DNA from: Patescibacteria group bacterium UBA6532
Lineage (GTDB): Bacteria > Patescibacteriota > Minisyncoccia > Minisyncoccales > UBA6532
Direction of reading: 5' to 3'
Length of the DNA: 64,000 nt
Assembly: GCA_002434805.1 (NCBI GenBank)
Contig: DJKW01000001.1
Coordinates: forward strand, 5,805 to 69,804
Part shown: piece by piece, positions 40,550 through 50,361 of the stretch
Position numbering within the stretch: position 1 is the first letter of the stretch
Layout of the letters: each line of letters begins with the position of its first letter
Program-made: the position numbers and the translations under genes
The notes under the pieces: generated by a model
The model's input: only the letters and a program-made list of their open reading frames with translations
Told to the model about the DNA's origin: nothing
The model's database searches: none

Positions 40550-42101
40550 CGATTATTTTAGGAATTCTTTTTCTTAAAAAGGCGGGTACATCCCATTTTT
40601 TTTCTTCTTCGAGTATCTTTTCTTCCATCTCTTTGGCATCTTTTTTTAAATCTAAAGCGCTTCGCCTAACCTTCAAGTTATTAGTGCTTTCTTTTGGCTC
40701 TGTCTTATTTTCAATACTAGATGGCAGAATGACGGGAACTATCTCTGTTTTAGGTTTTAAACGAGAAGCAGATTTCTTTGATTTTGAAATTAATGGTTTC
40801 TTTTTTCTCTTTAAAGCTGGTTTCTTGGATTTTTTCTTTTTTGGATGTGAACTCTTTTTTGGTTTTTCGGTTGTCTTTGGTTTTCTTTTTGGTCTCCTCT
40901 TTGTTCTTTTTCTTTTCTTTTTTTCTAAAACAACGGGAGGAGGCAAGGTCTCTATTTTAACAATCTGCTTTGGTTTCTTTTTAGTTCTTTTGCTCTTGCT
41001 TCCGGTAGCCAGTAGAGTTATTTTTATCTTTCCGTTATATTTATTATCCTGGGCAATGCCGAAAATAATCTTTGCTCTTTTATTGGAATCACAAATGGTT
41101 TTACTGATCTCTTCAACCTCTTTCATCCTCAAATCTCTTCCAGCGTAAATGTTAAATAAGATTTTATCTACTGTAAAAGAACCCCCTTCTAAATGATCTT
41201 TGTCTTCATTATTGGGAAAACTGTATTCAGAAAGAGGATCAAGAAGTATTTTTCTTGCCGCTTCTTCGGCCCGATTGGGCCCCTGGGCCATTGTACTGTT
41301 TAAATAGATCAGCTTCCCTCTGCCGTCTAAAATTGCTTTTAAGTCGGCAAAATCAATATTAATTAAACCGGGTGAATAAATCATTTCAATAAGGCCCTCC
41401 AGACCTTCAACTAGTTTCTGGTTAACAGCGGAAAAAGCTTCTTGAAGAGGCGTTTTTTTGTCAATAATTCGGAAAATTCTTTCGTTGGGAAAGACCTGCA
41501 GAACATTTAAGTTAGGAGCTAATCTTTCTAAGCTGTTTTTGGCAATTTGATATTTCTTTTCTCCTTCAAACTTAAAGGGCAAGGTGAAAATTCCAAAGGT
41601 CATCACTCCGAGGTCTCTGGCAATTTTGGCAAATTGAGGAGCAGCTCCAGAACTAGTTCCCCCGCCTAAAGAAGCTACTAAGATACACAAATCAACTCCT
41701 TTAAAGAGTTTTACTATTCTTTGCTCTTCTTCTTTGGCAGCCCTCTGTCCAATTTTCCAGTCCATTCCGCATCCCAAGCCATGGGTTAGATTCTGGCCAA
41801 AGTTAAAAGTTTTTACTAATCGAGAAACCGATTTTAAAGCCTGGAGATCAGTGTTAGCAGTTATAAAATCTACTTTTTTAACCCTTGAAGCAATTTCAGA
41901 AATAATAGTCCCTCCTCCTCCGCCAATACCGATTATCCGAATCTTAGTCTTATGAGCCTTATTTTCTTCCAATCCGCTCCTTTTTACTGTCTTTCTTGCT
42001 TTTACCTTTCTCTTTTTCGCTTTCTTCGTTTTTTTTCTTTTCTTCAGAACTTTTTTAATTTTTCTCTTTTTCTTTTGAATTTTCTTCCTTTTTTTAGCCA
42101 T
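40533..42101 (-). CDS. ftsZ: Divergent FtsZ homolog with Lys/Arg-rich extensions
   Basis: GIGGGGG, NTDLQAL, GLGCG, LGGGTSSG, PFKFEG, NIDFAD, C-terminal WDVPAFLRK. Confidence 0.88.
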   Translation of the reverse strand: MAKKRKKIQKKKRKIKKVLKKRKKTKKAKKRKVKARKTVKRSGLEENKAHKTKIRIIGIGGGGGTIISEIASRVKKVDFITANTDLQALKSVSRLVKTFNFGQNLTHGLGCGMDWKIGQRAAKEEEQRIVKLFKGVDLCILVASLGGGTSSGAAPQFAKIARDLGVMTFGIFTLPFKFEGEKKYQIAKNSLERLAPNLNVLQVFPNERIFRIIDKKTPLQEAFSAVNQKLVEGLEGLIEMIYSPGLINIDFADLKAILDGRGKLIYLNSTMAQGPNRAEEAARKILLDPLSEYSFPNNEDKDHLEGGSFTVDKILFNIYAGRDLRMKEVEEISKTICDSNKRAKIIFGIAQDNKYNGKIKITLLATGSKSKRTKKKPKQIVKIETLPPPVVLEKKKRKRTKRRPKRKPKTTEKPKKSSHPKKKKSKKPALKRKKKPLISKSKKSASRLKPKTEIVPVILPSSIENKTEPKESTNNLKVRRSALDLKKDAKEMEEKILEEEKKWDVPAFLRKRIPKIIDDNKN

Positions 42102-42185
42102 TTTTTAAATATATTAATATAATTATGCTTTATTTAGCTTATCATCCAAAGAATTTTTCTGCAACTTAATATTATAAACGAATAA

Positions 42186-42731
42186 TTATTGATTACGAAG
42201 ATAAATTTTCTGAGAAATTAAAAAACTGATTATTAATAAAAAGGCGGTTAATGACATTATTGGGAAAGTGATATAGCCAAACTCCATTATAAATATCTTA
42301 GAGCAAGAACTTAAATTATTCAAAGTAGAACAAATAATCTGAGGAGGGTCGCCTACTTGAAGATAATAATGAAAACCAGCAATTAGAGTTCCAACTAGAG
42401 AAAGAACGATACTGTAATCTTTAATGTTTTTCTTCTTTTTCCAGAGAGCCATTCCTAATAAAATTACTTGAGGATACATAAATACTCGTTGAAACCAGCA
42501 AAGTTTACAAGGTTCCCATCCTACTATCTCTGAATAAAAAAGACTTACAATAGTAGAAACTAAAGCAACAATAAAAGCCAAGATAATTGCATTCTTACTA
42601 AAAAAACTTAAAATTACGTTTTTTTCTTTTTCACGAAAAACAAAAAAAGAAATAACCAATAAAATTATGGTAATTTGGCCAATAAGAGTAAATAAAGGAA
42701 AGATTTGATTTATTGTTAATACAAGTTCCAT
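42186..42731 (-). CDS. Disulfide bond formation protein DsbB/BdbC
   Basis: PCKLCWFQR, second Cys pair, TM helices. Confidence 0.9.
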   Translation of the reverse strand: MELVLTINQIFPLFTLIGQITIILLVISFFVFREKEKNVILSFFSKNAIILAFIVALVSTIVSLFYSEIVGWEPCKLCWFQRVFMYPQVILLGMALWKKKKNIKDYSIVLSLVGTLIAGFHYYLQVGDPPQIICSTLNNLSSCSKIFIMEFGYITFPIMSLTAFLLIISFLISQKIYLRNQ

Positions 42732-42738
42732 AGACTTA

Positions 42739-43110
42739 TTAAGGAAGCTGACAATCGGTTTTCTCTGATAAATGCTTTAATGAAAGGACTCTGGGTTCTC
42801 TACTTCCATCAGAAAACTCCCAGGTCGGATAAACCTCAATTTCCTTTTCCTTGCACTCTCCAGTTTGCCTTCTCCCGTCTGGTGTTGAACATTCAATATA
42901 TGGAAGGAACTTTTGAGATTTACCAAATATTTTCTTTTGATCCTGACAATGTGGACACCAAAATGCTCCATAAAATATTACACCTTGTTCTTTTAAACAT
43001 TGAGCGAATTCATCAAGTTCCCCGGGTTTGCTTTCATAAAAGAATAAAAAGAAAACAATAGCGACAATTACTAATCCTACGACTCCCCATATAATAAGTT
43101 TTGTATTCAT
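42739..43110 (-). CDS. Membrane-anchored thioredoxin-fold protein
   Basis: FYGAFWCPHCQDQK, YIECS, YPTW; paired with the DsbB gene. Confidence 0.85.
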   Translation of the reverse strand: MNTKLIIWGVVGLVIVAIVFFLFFYESKPGELDEFAQCLKEQGVIFYGAFWCPHCQDQKKIFGKSQKFLPYIECSTPDGRRQTGECKEKEIEVYPTWEFSDGSREPRVLSLKHLSEKTDCQLP

Positions 43111-43116
43111 ATTTTT

Positions 43117-43172
43117 ATTCTACCAAAAAATCGCCTGTCTGGCGATTAGTCTATTTGAAATAAAAAAAGCCC
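43117..43172. repeat. Cassette-boundary repeat
   Basis: ATTCTACCAAAAAATCGCC-TGTCT-GGCGAT...CTATTTGAAATAAAAAAAGCCC; partner copy at 43511-43535. Confidence 0.7.
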
Positions 43173-43212
43173 ATTAATGAGCTTCTATGTTTTCTTTTGA
43201 ATAAAAGAACTT

Positions 43213-43500
43213 TCACTTTGCTATCGATTTAATATATTCTTCTAAACTTTTTGATGTAGCGTCTTTGACCTTCTCTTCTGACTTTTTAATTATTTCTTTT
43301 ACTTCATCTTGATTTATATTAAATTCATTAGATATCTTTCTGATTACTTTATCATCATTCTGTTGATTCTTTTTAAGATTAATGAATTTCTTTGATATTT
43401 TGTATTCATCCTTTGTCAATAAAAATTCTCTTTTTTTGTTGTTTTTCCTCAATATAAATATACCTAGAGTTAATTTTACTAAACTGTAATTAAAAGTCAA
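43213..43500 (-). CDS. Small hypothetical protein between two boundary repeats (true start probably about 43453)
   Basis: The predicted 5' end TTGACT...TAAAAT reads as a promoter; Lys/Glu-rich helical ORF. Confidence 0.5.
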   Translation of the reverse strand: MTFNYSLVKLTLGIFILRKNNKKREFLLTKDEYKISKKFINLKKNQQNDDKVIRKISNEFNINQDEVKEIIKKSEEKVKDATSKSLEEYIKSIAK

Positions 43501-43565
43501 ACCATTGTAGTAAAAAAACCGCCTAAAAGACGATTTTTAGATTACTCTGAGTTTAAAGTTCTTCT

Positions 43566-44585
43566 TTATTTGAATTTGGAAAAACTTTCGCCTTTATATA
43601 CATCGATTTCGTTATGAATTAAATCTTGTAAAACATTCCAGACTATAATACTGATGATCAATCTATTAATAACCATTAACTGTTCAGTAAAAAAGAGGAA
43701 AAATTGTGTTAAAAAAATAGAAATAAGCACTGCTGTTTTAAACATTAGATAAGCCCTTAAACGCCGACGAATTAGCATTAAAAAAATACCTAAAACAACA
43801 AATACTCCAGATCCAAAAAGTGATAATAAAAGGCCCCACCAATAAAAAGGCAATTCTGGTGTTCTTTCTCTAAACATTGCAGAAAAATTCAAGACAGTTA
43901 GAATGCTGAAAAAACCAATAATAGAAGTTGCAAAATACGGGTTTTTAGTAATTTTTAAATAATATTTCCTTTTAATGTTCTTTAATCTTGTAGTCAGCCG
44001 TTTTTTCTCAAAAGGCACCATCTTAATCTGTGTAATCGCATGTCTTAATGTTTGGACAATTGAATTATTTGAATCACTATCGTTTAAAAATTTAACTGCC
44101 AGTTTTTTTTCTTCTGAATCTAAGCCATTTAAAACGCCCTCTTTTATTAACTCAATGGCGTTTATGAGGCTTTCTTTCGCTGATATTCCCTTAGACTCAA
44201 TGAATAATCTCGATATTAAGTATATCAAAATAAGAATTACATAAATTAAAGCAATTGTTGGTTGAAAGAAATAATTATTATCATGGGTTATAAACTTGCC
44301 CAACTCATCAATAAAAATCCCGAATCCAATACCACTTATAACTGCAGCTACAAGTTTAATCTGACGATTAAGAAATGTAATCAGTCCAATTATGGCTATC
44401 GTCATTAAGAGTCCTCCCCATAACATATGCGCTATGTGAAGCGATTCTCCGCCAATTTGAATATAATTAACTAAATTCAAAAAAAATCGGATAAACAATA
44501 TAGCTGCAACTGCTGAAATTAAAAACAATTCTATATGATCTCCTGCTTCAACATTTCTAGTAAAATAGTTAAATTTAATTTTCAT
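43566..44585 (-). CDS. Multi-pass membrane hypothetical protein
   Basis: LHIAHMLWGG, GIGFGIFIDELGKFIT; many TM segments. Confidence 0.75.
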   Translation of the reverse strand: MKIKFNYFTRNVEAGDHIELFLISAVAAILFIRFFLNLVNYIQIGGESLHIAHMLWGGLLMTIAIIGLITFLNRQIKLVAAVISGIGFGIFIDELGKFITHDNNYFFQPTIALIYVILILIYLISRLFIESKGISAKESLINAIELIKEGVLNGLDSEEKKLAVKFLNDSDSNNSIVQTLRHAITQIKMVPFEKKRLTTRLKNIKRKYYLKITKNPYFATSIIGFFSILTVLNFSAMFRERTPELPFYWWGLLLSLFGSGVFVVLGIFLMLIRRRLRAYLMFKTAVLISIFLTQFFLFFTEQLMVINRLIISIIVWNVLQDLIHNEIDVYKGESFSKFK

Positions 44586-44619
44586 ATTTTGGTTATCTAA
44601 TTTTGAGTTAAAAATTTCT

Positions 44620-45747
44620 TTATTTTAAATATTTTTTCCCTTTTAATTTATCTGGTAATAAATCTTTTTCAGTATATTTATCATATCCTTTGCCATAATC
44701 CAATTCCTTCATAAGTTTCGTAGGCGCATTGCGCAAAGATAAAGGAATCGGCAAATTGCCATACTCTTTTACGTCTTCCATGGCAGCCATATAAGCATCG
44801 TAAGATGTTCTATTTTTCTTACATTTAGATAGATAAGCAACTCCGTGAGCTAGGTTTATACCGCATTCTGGCAACCCAATGGTTTCTACGGCCCTGAAGA
44901 CATCATTAGCTACTACTAAAGCTGTTGGATGAGCCAGTCCAATATCTTCTGAAGCGAAAATAACCATTCTTCTTGCTATAAACTTAGGATCTTCCCCAGC
45001 ATCAATCATTCTGGCTAAATAATATAAGGCAGCATCTGGCTGTGAAGCCCTCATACTTTTAATAAAAGCCGAAATAGTATTATAGTGCTCGTCTCCCTGT
45101 TTATCATATCTTAAAAACTTTGATTGAAGAGTATTTTTTAAATTCTCTATATTAATTTTATTATAAAGACGGGATGTATTCTCCAACATTGTAATAACTT
45201 GCCTTGCATCTCCATTTGCCATAGCAATTAACCAATCTTTTGATTCTTTATCCAGCTTAAACCCAGTTTGTTGAATAATAGCCAGCATTTCTTTGGCTGA
45301 AAGTTCATTTAAAACAAAAACTCTGCAGCGTGAGAGTAGGGCTGGAATTACTTCAAAGCTTGGATTTTCTGTAGTAGCTCCAATAAGAGTTATATCCCCT
45401 CTTTCTACAAACGGAAGTAAGAAATCTTGCTGAGATTTATTGAAACGGTGAATTTCATCTAAAAACAAAATTTTAGATTGGTTTTTAATCTCTTCAGCTA
45501 TTATTTTTCTAATATCCGCTTTTCCCGCTGAAACAGCAGAAAGATCATAAAAGCGGGCCTTTAAACTATTAGCATATATCCTCGCTAAGGTGGTTTTTCC
45601 CGTACCCGGAGGGCCCCAGAGAATAAAAGAAAACAAATGTTTTTGTTTTATGGCAATATTTAAAGGTTTTCCCTCCCCCACTAAATGTTCTTGCCCTACA
45701 AATCCTTTTAAGGTTTTTGGCCTTATTTTTGAGGCTAACGGTTCCAT
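44620..45747 (-). CDS. rarA: Replication-associated recombination protein A (MgsA)
   Basis: PLASKIRP, GPPGTGKT, DEIHRFNKSQQD, ATTENP, ISAFIKSMR, ASEDIG. Confidence 0.96.
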   Translation of the reverse strand: MEPLASKIRPKTLKGFVGQEHLVGEGKPLNIAIKQKHLFSFILWGPPGTGKTTLARIYANSLKARFYDLSAVSAGKADIRKIIAEEIKNQSKILFLDEIHRFNKSQQDFLLPFVERGDITLIGATTENPSFEVIPALLSRCRVFVLNELSAKEMLAIIQQTGFKLDKESKDWLIAMANGDARQVITMLENTSRLYNKINIENLKNTLQSKFLRYDKQGDEHYNTISAFIKSMRASQPDAALYYLARMIDAGEDPKFIARRMVIFASEDIGLAHPTALVVANDVFRAVETIGLPECGINLAHGVAYLSKCKKNRTSYDAYMAAMEDVKEYGNLPIPLSLRNAPTKLMKELDYGKGYDKYTEKDLLPDKLKGKKYLK

Positions 45748-45751
45748 TTAA

Positions 45752-46258
45752 TTATTCTACCCTTTCTTGGTTTTGGATTATTTCACTAAAATCACCTTCA
45801 ATAATATGGGCCTCTGGTGTGGCATCAATAACCGTCTCTTTGGTGATAACTACTCTGTAATATTCTGAAAAACTCCCTTCAGCATTATATTCAAGCAGCC
45901 AAATACCTGCTTGATTCTTTTTCATGACGCCGGTTGAGAAAAATTTTAAGGGGCTTGGTTGAACCAACCATCCCTCGTATTTAATTCCCTCTTGAGGATC
46001 TGGTAAAAAAGCTGTAACTACATGATATAATACACCGTCTTTAACAAGGCGGTAAGCAATTCCTGAAGAATCACTCTCATCTACAACCTTAAGCACTGCT
46101 GATTGAGTATTAATATCACTTGTGATTATAGTTAAGATACTTGGCTTTTCTTCTTCATTAAAAGACTCTTGGCCGCCAGGAAAAATACTGTCCCTAGCAA
46201 TAAAAATAATAATACCTAGAACAATAACTGAAACTATGATAATAATTACTTTTTTCAT
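45752..46258 (-). CDS. Membrane-anchored protein with RskA-C-like domain
   Basis: N-terminal TM; LPDP...YEGWLV, VVITKE pattern. Confidence 0.55.
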   Translation of the reverse strand: MKKVIIIIVSVIVLGIIIFIARDSIFPGGQESFNEEEKPSILTIITSDINTQSAVLKVVDESDSSGIAYRLVKDGVLYHVVTAFLPDPQEGIKYEGWLVQPSPLKFFSTGVMKKNQAGIWLLEYNAEGSFSEYYRVVITKETVIDATPEAHIIEGDFSEIIQNQERVE

Positions 46259-46323
46259 AATAAATTATATATTAATTATTATTTAAACCCTTATCCCGGT
46301 ATAGTTTTCCACGACTATTTACT

Positions 46324-47049
46324 TCACCTCTCGAGTTTGGGACCGGTAATATCAGCATCATGGCTATATCCCACGCCCTTATACGTTCCTTTATAATCAA
46401 TATCGTCAGATAATTCTATTTTTGTAAGCCACTTAATCCATTTGTAGCCCCACTTATTCTCTGACACGAGCTGAAAAGGAAAACCTCTTTCTGGCGGTAA
46501 AACTACGTCGTTAATTTTATAAGCAAGAATAATATCATTGTCTATTAAAAAATCTAAAGGTAAAGAAGTTGTGAAACCATCACTCGCATAAAAGATGACT
46601 GCTTTGGACTCAGGCTTAACACTAGCCTCTTCCAGAATATCCTTGATTAAGAATCCCTCCCATAAGATTTTTGCCCTCCAACCAGTAACGCAATTAAGTT
46701 CAACTACTTTTGAATATTTAGGGAAATTCAAAACCTCTTGGTAAGTGTATGCTTTTGGGGTATTTACAAGACCAGTAATTTCTAGCTTGTAATCTTTAAT
46801 ATCTATATATTGTGTGCCACTAATAGATGTTTCTTTTAAGTCAGCAATAGATGAAAGATTCTGGCCTTCATATTCCCTAACTTCTTTCTCTTGAAGTTTT
46901 CTAATACTCTCTGGCTGCCATGGATCACTATAAATAAACAATATGGTCGAGATAGCTAATATAAGAAAAATGAAATGCCATAGTTTAAAATGTGCACCAC
47001 CTAACCCTATTTTCCTATCTAAAAAATTTGTTACGTATCTTATCTTCAT
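46324..47049 (-). CDS. Molybdopterin-binding oxidoreductase (sulfite oxidase/MsrP-like)
   Basis: LNCVTGW, DGFTTSLP, ERGFPFQL, KWGYKWIKW. Confidence 0.88.
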   Translation of the reverse strand: MKIRYVTNFLDRKIGLGGAHFKLWHFIFLILAISTILFIYSDPWQPESIRKLQEKEVREYEGQNLSSIADLKETSISGTQYIDIKDYKLEITGLVNTPKAYTYQEVLNFPKYSKVVELNCVTGWRAKILWEGFLIKDILEEASVKPESKAVIFYASDGFTTSLPLDFLIDNDIILAYKINDVVLPPERGFPFQLVSENKWGYKWIKWLTKIELSDDIDYKGTYKGVGYSHDADITGPKLER

Positions 47050-47102
47050 TAATCTTGTCTGACGTTTAGAGAAAGTCAGATAAAGACTTCTCTAAACTTT
47101 GA

Positions 47103-47630
47103 TTATTTTATATATTTCTCAAGCAATTCAAAATCAATTTTATCAAAATGATCATTATCCTCAACTATTTTTAATTCGGCGTTAAGATATTTCGCCAAAT
47201 CTTTTCCATGTTGAAGTGGCACTACCGGATCTTCTGTTTGATTAAAAACTATAAACTTTTGGCATGATTTTTTAATCACTTCCCAATCAAAATCCGTTTC
47301 TAAAAAATTTTCGATTCCTTCATACCCAGAACCAAGTTTCTTTATTGGTGAAGCAATAAGGATGCACTTACCAACCTTTTCAGTTATTTCTTCTAGATAC
47401 CTAAGAATTGTTGGCCCACCTAAACTATACCCAATAAGTATTGATTCTTTATCTGGATGAAAGTTTTTTATAACCTGAACCCACTCTTCTTTTTGAGGAT
47501 GCAAGGTATTAGGCATATCAGGAACTACTACCTCATAACCTAATTTTTCCAACCTTTCTTTTTCTTCTAAAAACCAATGTTCTCTCGAGTTACTCTCCCA
47601 TCCATGAATTATTAAAACTCTTTTTCTCAT
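47103..47630 (-). CDS. RBBP9/YdeN-family alpha/beta hydrolase
   Basis: IIHGW, HWF, GYSLGG, DPVVP, HF. Confidence 0.85.
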   Translation of the reverse strand: MRKRVLIIHGWESNSREHWFLEEKERLEKLGYEVVVPDMPNTLHPQKEEWVQVIKNFHPDKESILIGYSLGGPTILRYLEEITEKVGKCILIASPIKKLGSGYEGIENFLETDFDWEVIKKSCQKFIVFNQTEDPVVPLQHGKDLAKYLNAELKIVEDNDHFDKIDFELLEKYIK

Positions 47631-47648
47631 AATTTCTTTAACTTTTGA

Positions 47649-48167
47649 TTATTTTACTTTAGCGTAAAGATGAACGTCCATGAACCTATTGTTTTTCTTA
47701 TAGTGTTTCTTCATAATTCCTTCAAATTTATAACCGTTATTTTCTAAAACATGCATTGAAGCTTTATTAGAAGAAAAAACAGTAGCATAAATTCTTTTTA
47801 GTTTTAATTTCTTAAATCCGATCTTTGTTGCTAATTTTACAGCTTCTGCCATAATCCCTTGTCCCCAATATTTTTCAGCTAACCAATACCCTATCTCTGC
47901 TTTATGTCCTTTAATTTTGGAAAAGCCAATTGAACCAACTAATTCATCTTCAATATCAATAACAAAATTAATTTCTGATTTCTTTTTCTCTTTATTAAAT
48001 TTTAAATTACAACTAACCCAGAAATGAGCATCTTTCTTAGTATATGGATAAGGAATCCTTAAAGTATTACGATAAATCTTTTTATTATTTATATTCTTTC
48101 TTAAAGATGCTTCGTCTCCTCTTTTATACGGTCTTAATATAAACATTTTTGAACGAATAATCACCAT
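47649..48167 (-). CDS. GNAT acetyltransferase (RimJ/RimL type)
   Basis: AEIGYWL...WGQGI, NKASMHVLE..GYKFEG. Confidence 0.9.
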   Translation of the reverse strand: MVIIRSKMFILRPYKRGDEASLRKNINNKKIYRNTLRIPYPYTKKDAHFWVSCNLKFNKEKKKSEINFVIDIEDELVGSIGFSKIKGHKAEIGYWLAEKYWGQGIMAEAVKLATKIGFKKLKLKRIYATVFSSNKASMHVLENNGYKFEGIMKKHYKKNNRFMDVHLYAKVK

Positions 48168-48176
48168 AAATTTTTA

Positions 48177-48428
48177 TTAATTCTTCTCATAAATTCTTTT
48201 CCACCAAAATTTCCCCTGCCAAAAACCAAATAAAACCCCAGCAATAAAAAGAACAACAGTTCCTATGTGATGGATTGTGAACCATTGAGACCACGAAAAA
48301 CCAAAGCTATATTTTGGGAAATTACCGATTAAAAAACCAATATACCAAGTTTCAACCAAACCGTGAATTAAGAGTTGAAGTAAAATACCTAAAAATGTGA
48401 ATAAAATTATATAAATTTTCTTTTTCAT
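48177..48428 (-). CDS. Small membrane hypothetical protein
   Basis: Two hydrophobic helices, WWKRIY C-terminus. Confidence 0.65.
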   Translation of the reverse strand: MKKKIYIILFTFLGILLQLLIHGLVETWYIGFLIGNFPKYSFGFSWSQWFTIHHIGTVVLFIAGVLFGFWQGKFWWKRIYEKN

Positions 48429-48435
48429 TATTTCA

Positions 48436-48546
48436 TTCTACCAAAAAACCGCCTGTTTGATAAGACGGATTTTGCGTCGTCTAAGAAACGATATTCGAAC
48501 CTATTTTATTGGATAAAAAAAGCCGTGAGTTAAGTAACACACGGTC
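48436..48546. repeat. Cassette-boundary repeat (complete)
   Basis: TTCTACCAAAAAACCGCC...TTGCGTCGTCTAAGAAACGATATTCGAACCTATTT...GGATAAAAAAAGCCGTG/CACGG hairpin. Confidence 0.75.
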
Positions 48547-48562
48547 TTTGGGCAATAATGAA

Positions 48563-49036
48563 CTAACTTTTTTTAAGGCTTGATTCTATTCTTTTACCGT
48601 TATAGTCAATATGGAAGAATTTAGTATCTTTTCTTGCTCTAGCTAATCCTTCGTAGAAATCCATTACAAGCTCATATCTCTCTTCATAGGCAGGTTTTCC
48701 GTTGTGGTCAATATGGAAGCCTTTGCTGTAATTGTCTATACTTACTCGAGCTAATCCTTCGTAGAAGTTACCTACATCATCGTATCTCTCTTTATAGGCA
48801 GGTTTTCCATTATGGTTGATGTGGAAGTATTCATTACCTTTTTTTACCTGAGCTAATCCTTCGTAGAAGTTACCTACATCATCGTATCTCTCTTTATAGG
48901 CAGGTTTTCCATTATGGTTGATGTGAAATCGTTTATTGTCTTTGCTTACTCGAGCTAATCCTTCGTAGAAAAAATTAGCTATACAGTCATAACCGAATTT
49001 CTTTTCTATCTTTTTTATATCTTCTTCGTTAATCAT
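48563..49036 (-). CDS. WG/KWG-repeat protein (four ~34-aa repeats)
   Basis: FYEGLARV...FHI(N/D)HNGKPAY repeated; near-identical 102-bp DNA repeats; own promoter. Confidence 0.85.
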   Translation of the reverse strand: MINEEDIKKIEKKFGYDCIANFFYEGLARVSKDNKRFHINHNGKPAYKERYDDVGNFYEGLAQVKKGNEYFHINHNGKPAYKERYDDVGNFYEGLARVSIDNYSKGFHIDHNGKPAYEERYELVMDFYEGLARARKDTKFFHIDYNGKRIESSLKKS

Positions 49037-49087
49037 TCTTATCGCGCCTATTATTACATTATATTATTAATTTGTCAAGACTCTTTA

Positions 49088-49180
49088 CTAAAAAACCGCC
49101 TTTATGGCGATTTTGTCTCGCAATCTATAATGTCCGTCCTGGAATAAAAAAAGCCGTTAGTCTTTTTTATACTAACGGTC
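49088..49180. repeat. Cassette-boundary repeat
   Basis: AAAAAACCGCC-TTTAT-GGCGAT...GGAATAAAAAAAGCCGTTAG/CTAACGG hairpin. Confidence 0.7.
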
Positions 49181-49206
49181 TTGATATTGGTACGTACAAT
49201 GTATTA

Positions 49207-49482
49207 TTACGTAATAATTATCTTCGAATGTATATTCTCATATCTTGATTCTTCAAACTTTATGCGCCACCCAACGCTTTCGTAGATTAATTTGAGCACT
49301 TCTCTAACATTTTCTTCCGGAAAAGGATCAGCATTTATTGATATTCTTCCTTTAGCTTCCAGAACAAATGATGCATTATCTTCATTAATCACTGAATCAA
49401 TTTTTTTTTCCAACTTATTAAGTATTATTAATTGTCCAACATCAAGAGCTTTCTTAAGGAAAGTTTCCTTTCTGACAACCAT
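49207..49482 (-). CDS. Small hypothetical protein (cassette)
   Basis: 91-aa ORF with own promoter-like region and terminator. Confidence 0.6.
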   Translation of the reverse strand: MVVRKETFLKKALDVGQLIILNKLEKKIDSVINEDNASFVLEAKGRISINADPFPEENVREVLKLIYESVGWRIKFEESRYENIHSKIIIT

Positions 49483-49577
49483 ATTATTTCAACAGTATTG
49501 TAGTATAAATAATTAAGATAATCAAGTTATAAAGCCAAATCCTTAGGGACACAGCTCCTTTTTTTTATTTCAGGTCC

Positions 49578-49636
49578 GACAACGTAACTTGAACGACGTT
49601 AGAACCTATTTGGAATAAAAAAGCCCTAAAAGGGCT
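49578..49636. repeat. Cassette-boundary repeat (att-like half)
   Basis: TTGAACGACGTTAGAACCTATTTGGAATAAAAAAGCCC-TAAAA-GGGCTT. Confidence 0.7.
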
Positions 49637-49670
49637 TAATGAAAAGTAATAAGAAATTATAGAAATAGCT

Positions 49671-49925
49671 TTATAGTTTGCCTTCTTTTGCCTTTCTTAT
49701 TGCTTCCCTTATTTGTTTCTCTACTGTCTTTACTATTGCGTTCTCTATTTCTAGCGTAATGCTAACGTTCTCTTCTGTTAATGCTTGTTTTACTTCTACC
49801 TCTTTTCCTTTTATTGCTTGTTCTATATCAAGCTTGAAACCGTGGCCTAAATTATATTTGATTCTTCCTGTTGCACTAAGTATTGCTCGAAACGCTATAA
49901 GTTCTATCTTATCTATATTATCCAT
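49671..49925 (-). CDS. Small hypothetical helical protein (cassette)
   Basis: 84-aa ORF, TTGATA...TAATAT promoter upstream. Confidence 0.6.
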   Translation of the reverse strand: MDNIDKIELIAFRAILSATGRIKYNLGHGFKLDIEQAIKGKEVEVKQALTEENVSITLEIENAIVKTVEKQIREAIRKAKEGKL

Positions 49926-49963
49926 TTGAATTTCATATTAGTAGATAATGAAAGTTTATCAAT

Positions 49964-50036
49964 CAAAAAATCGCCTGTATGGCAATTAACCTGTTTGGGA
50001 TAAAAAAGAGTGTCAGATCTTTAAAGAAATGACACT
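49964..50036. repeat. Cassette-boundary repeat
   Basis: AAAAAATCGCC-TGTAT-GGCAAT-TAACCTGTTTGGGATAAAAAAGAGTGTC/GACACT. Confidence 0.7.
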
Positions 50037-50050
50037 ATACTGAGGCAATA

Positions 50051-50311
50051 TTAGATTATTGCCTCAAATAAATTTTCTTTTTCCTTAACTCCTAAAGGTT
50101 CACAGAGGCGAGGATGTTGTCCTTTTGTTATTTCTATATCATGTGGAGGATGGCAATGTATGACTATATCTTCCTCTTTCCTCTTTACTGTAATCGATTC
50201 TGCTACAGATGTTAAGCTCCCAAAGGATTCTACTCTCTAATCATTATATCCCACTTTATATGCGTGTTTTCCGTTAATAGAAGTTATTCTATACACCCAG
50301 ATTTCTATCAT
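50051..50311 (-). pseudogene. Cassette gene with a single in-frame TAG (codon 25)
   Basis: MIEIWVYRITSINGKHAYKVGYND*RVESFG...HCHPPHD...LFEAII*; TTGACA promoter at about 50356-50361. Confidence 0.55.
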
Positions 50312-50361
50312 TATCTATCACTAGTAGCTCCTATATTAAACATATTCAATAATTTTGTCAA

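Noticed and set aside
40540-41148. 202-aa hydrophobic ORF on +
   Set aside because: Antisense shadow of the Lys-rich ftsZ tail (AAA read as TTT); no independent signals.
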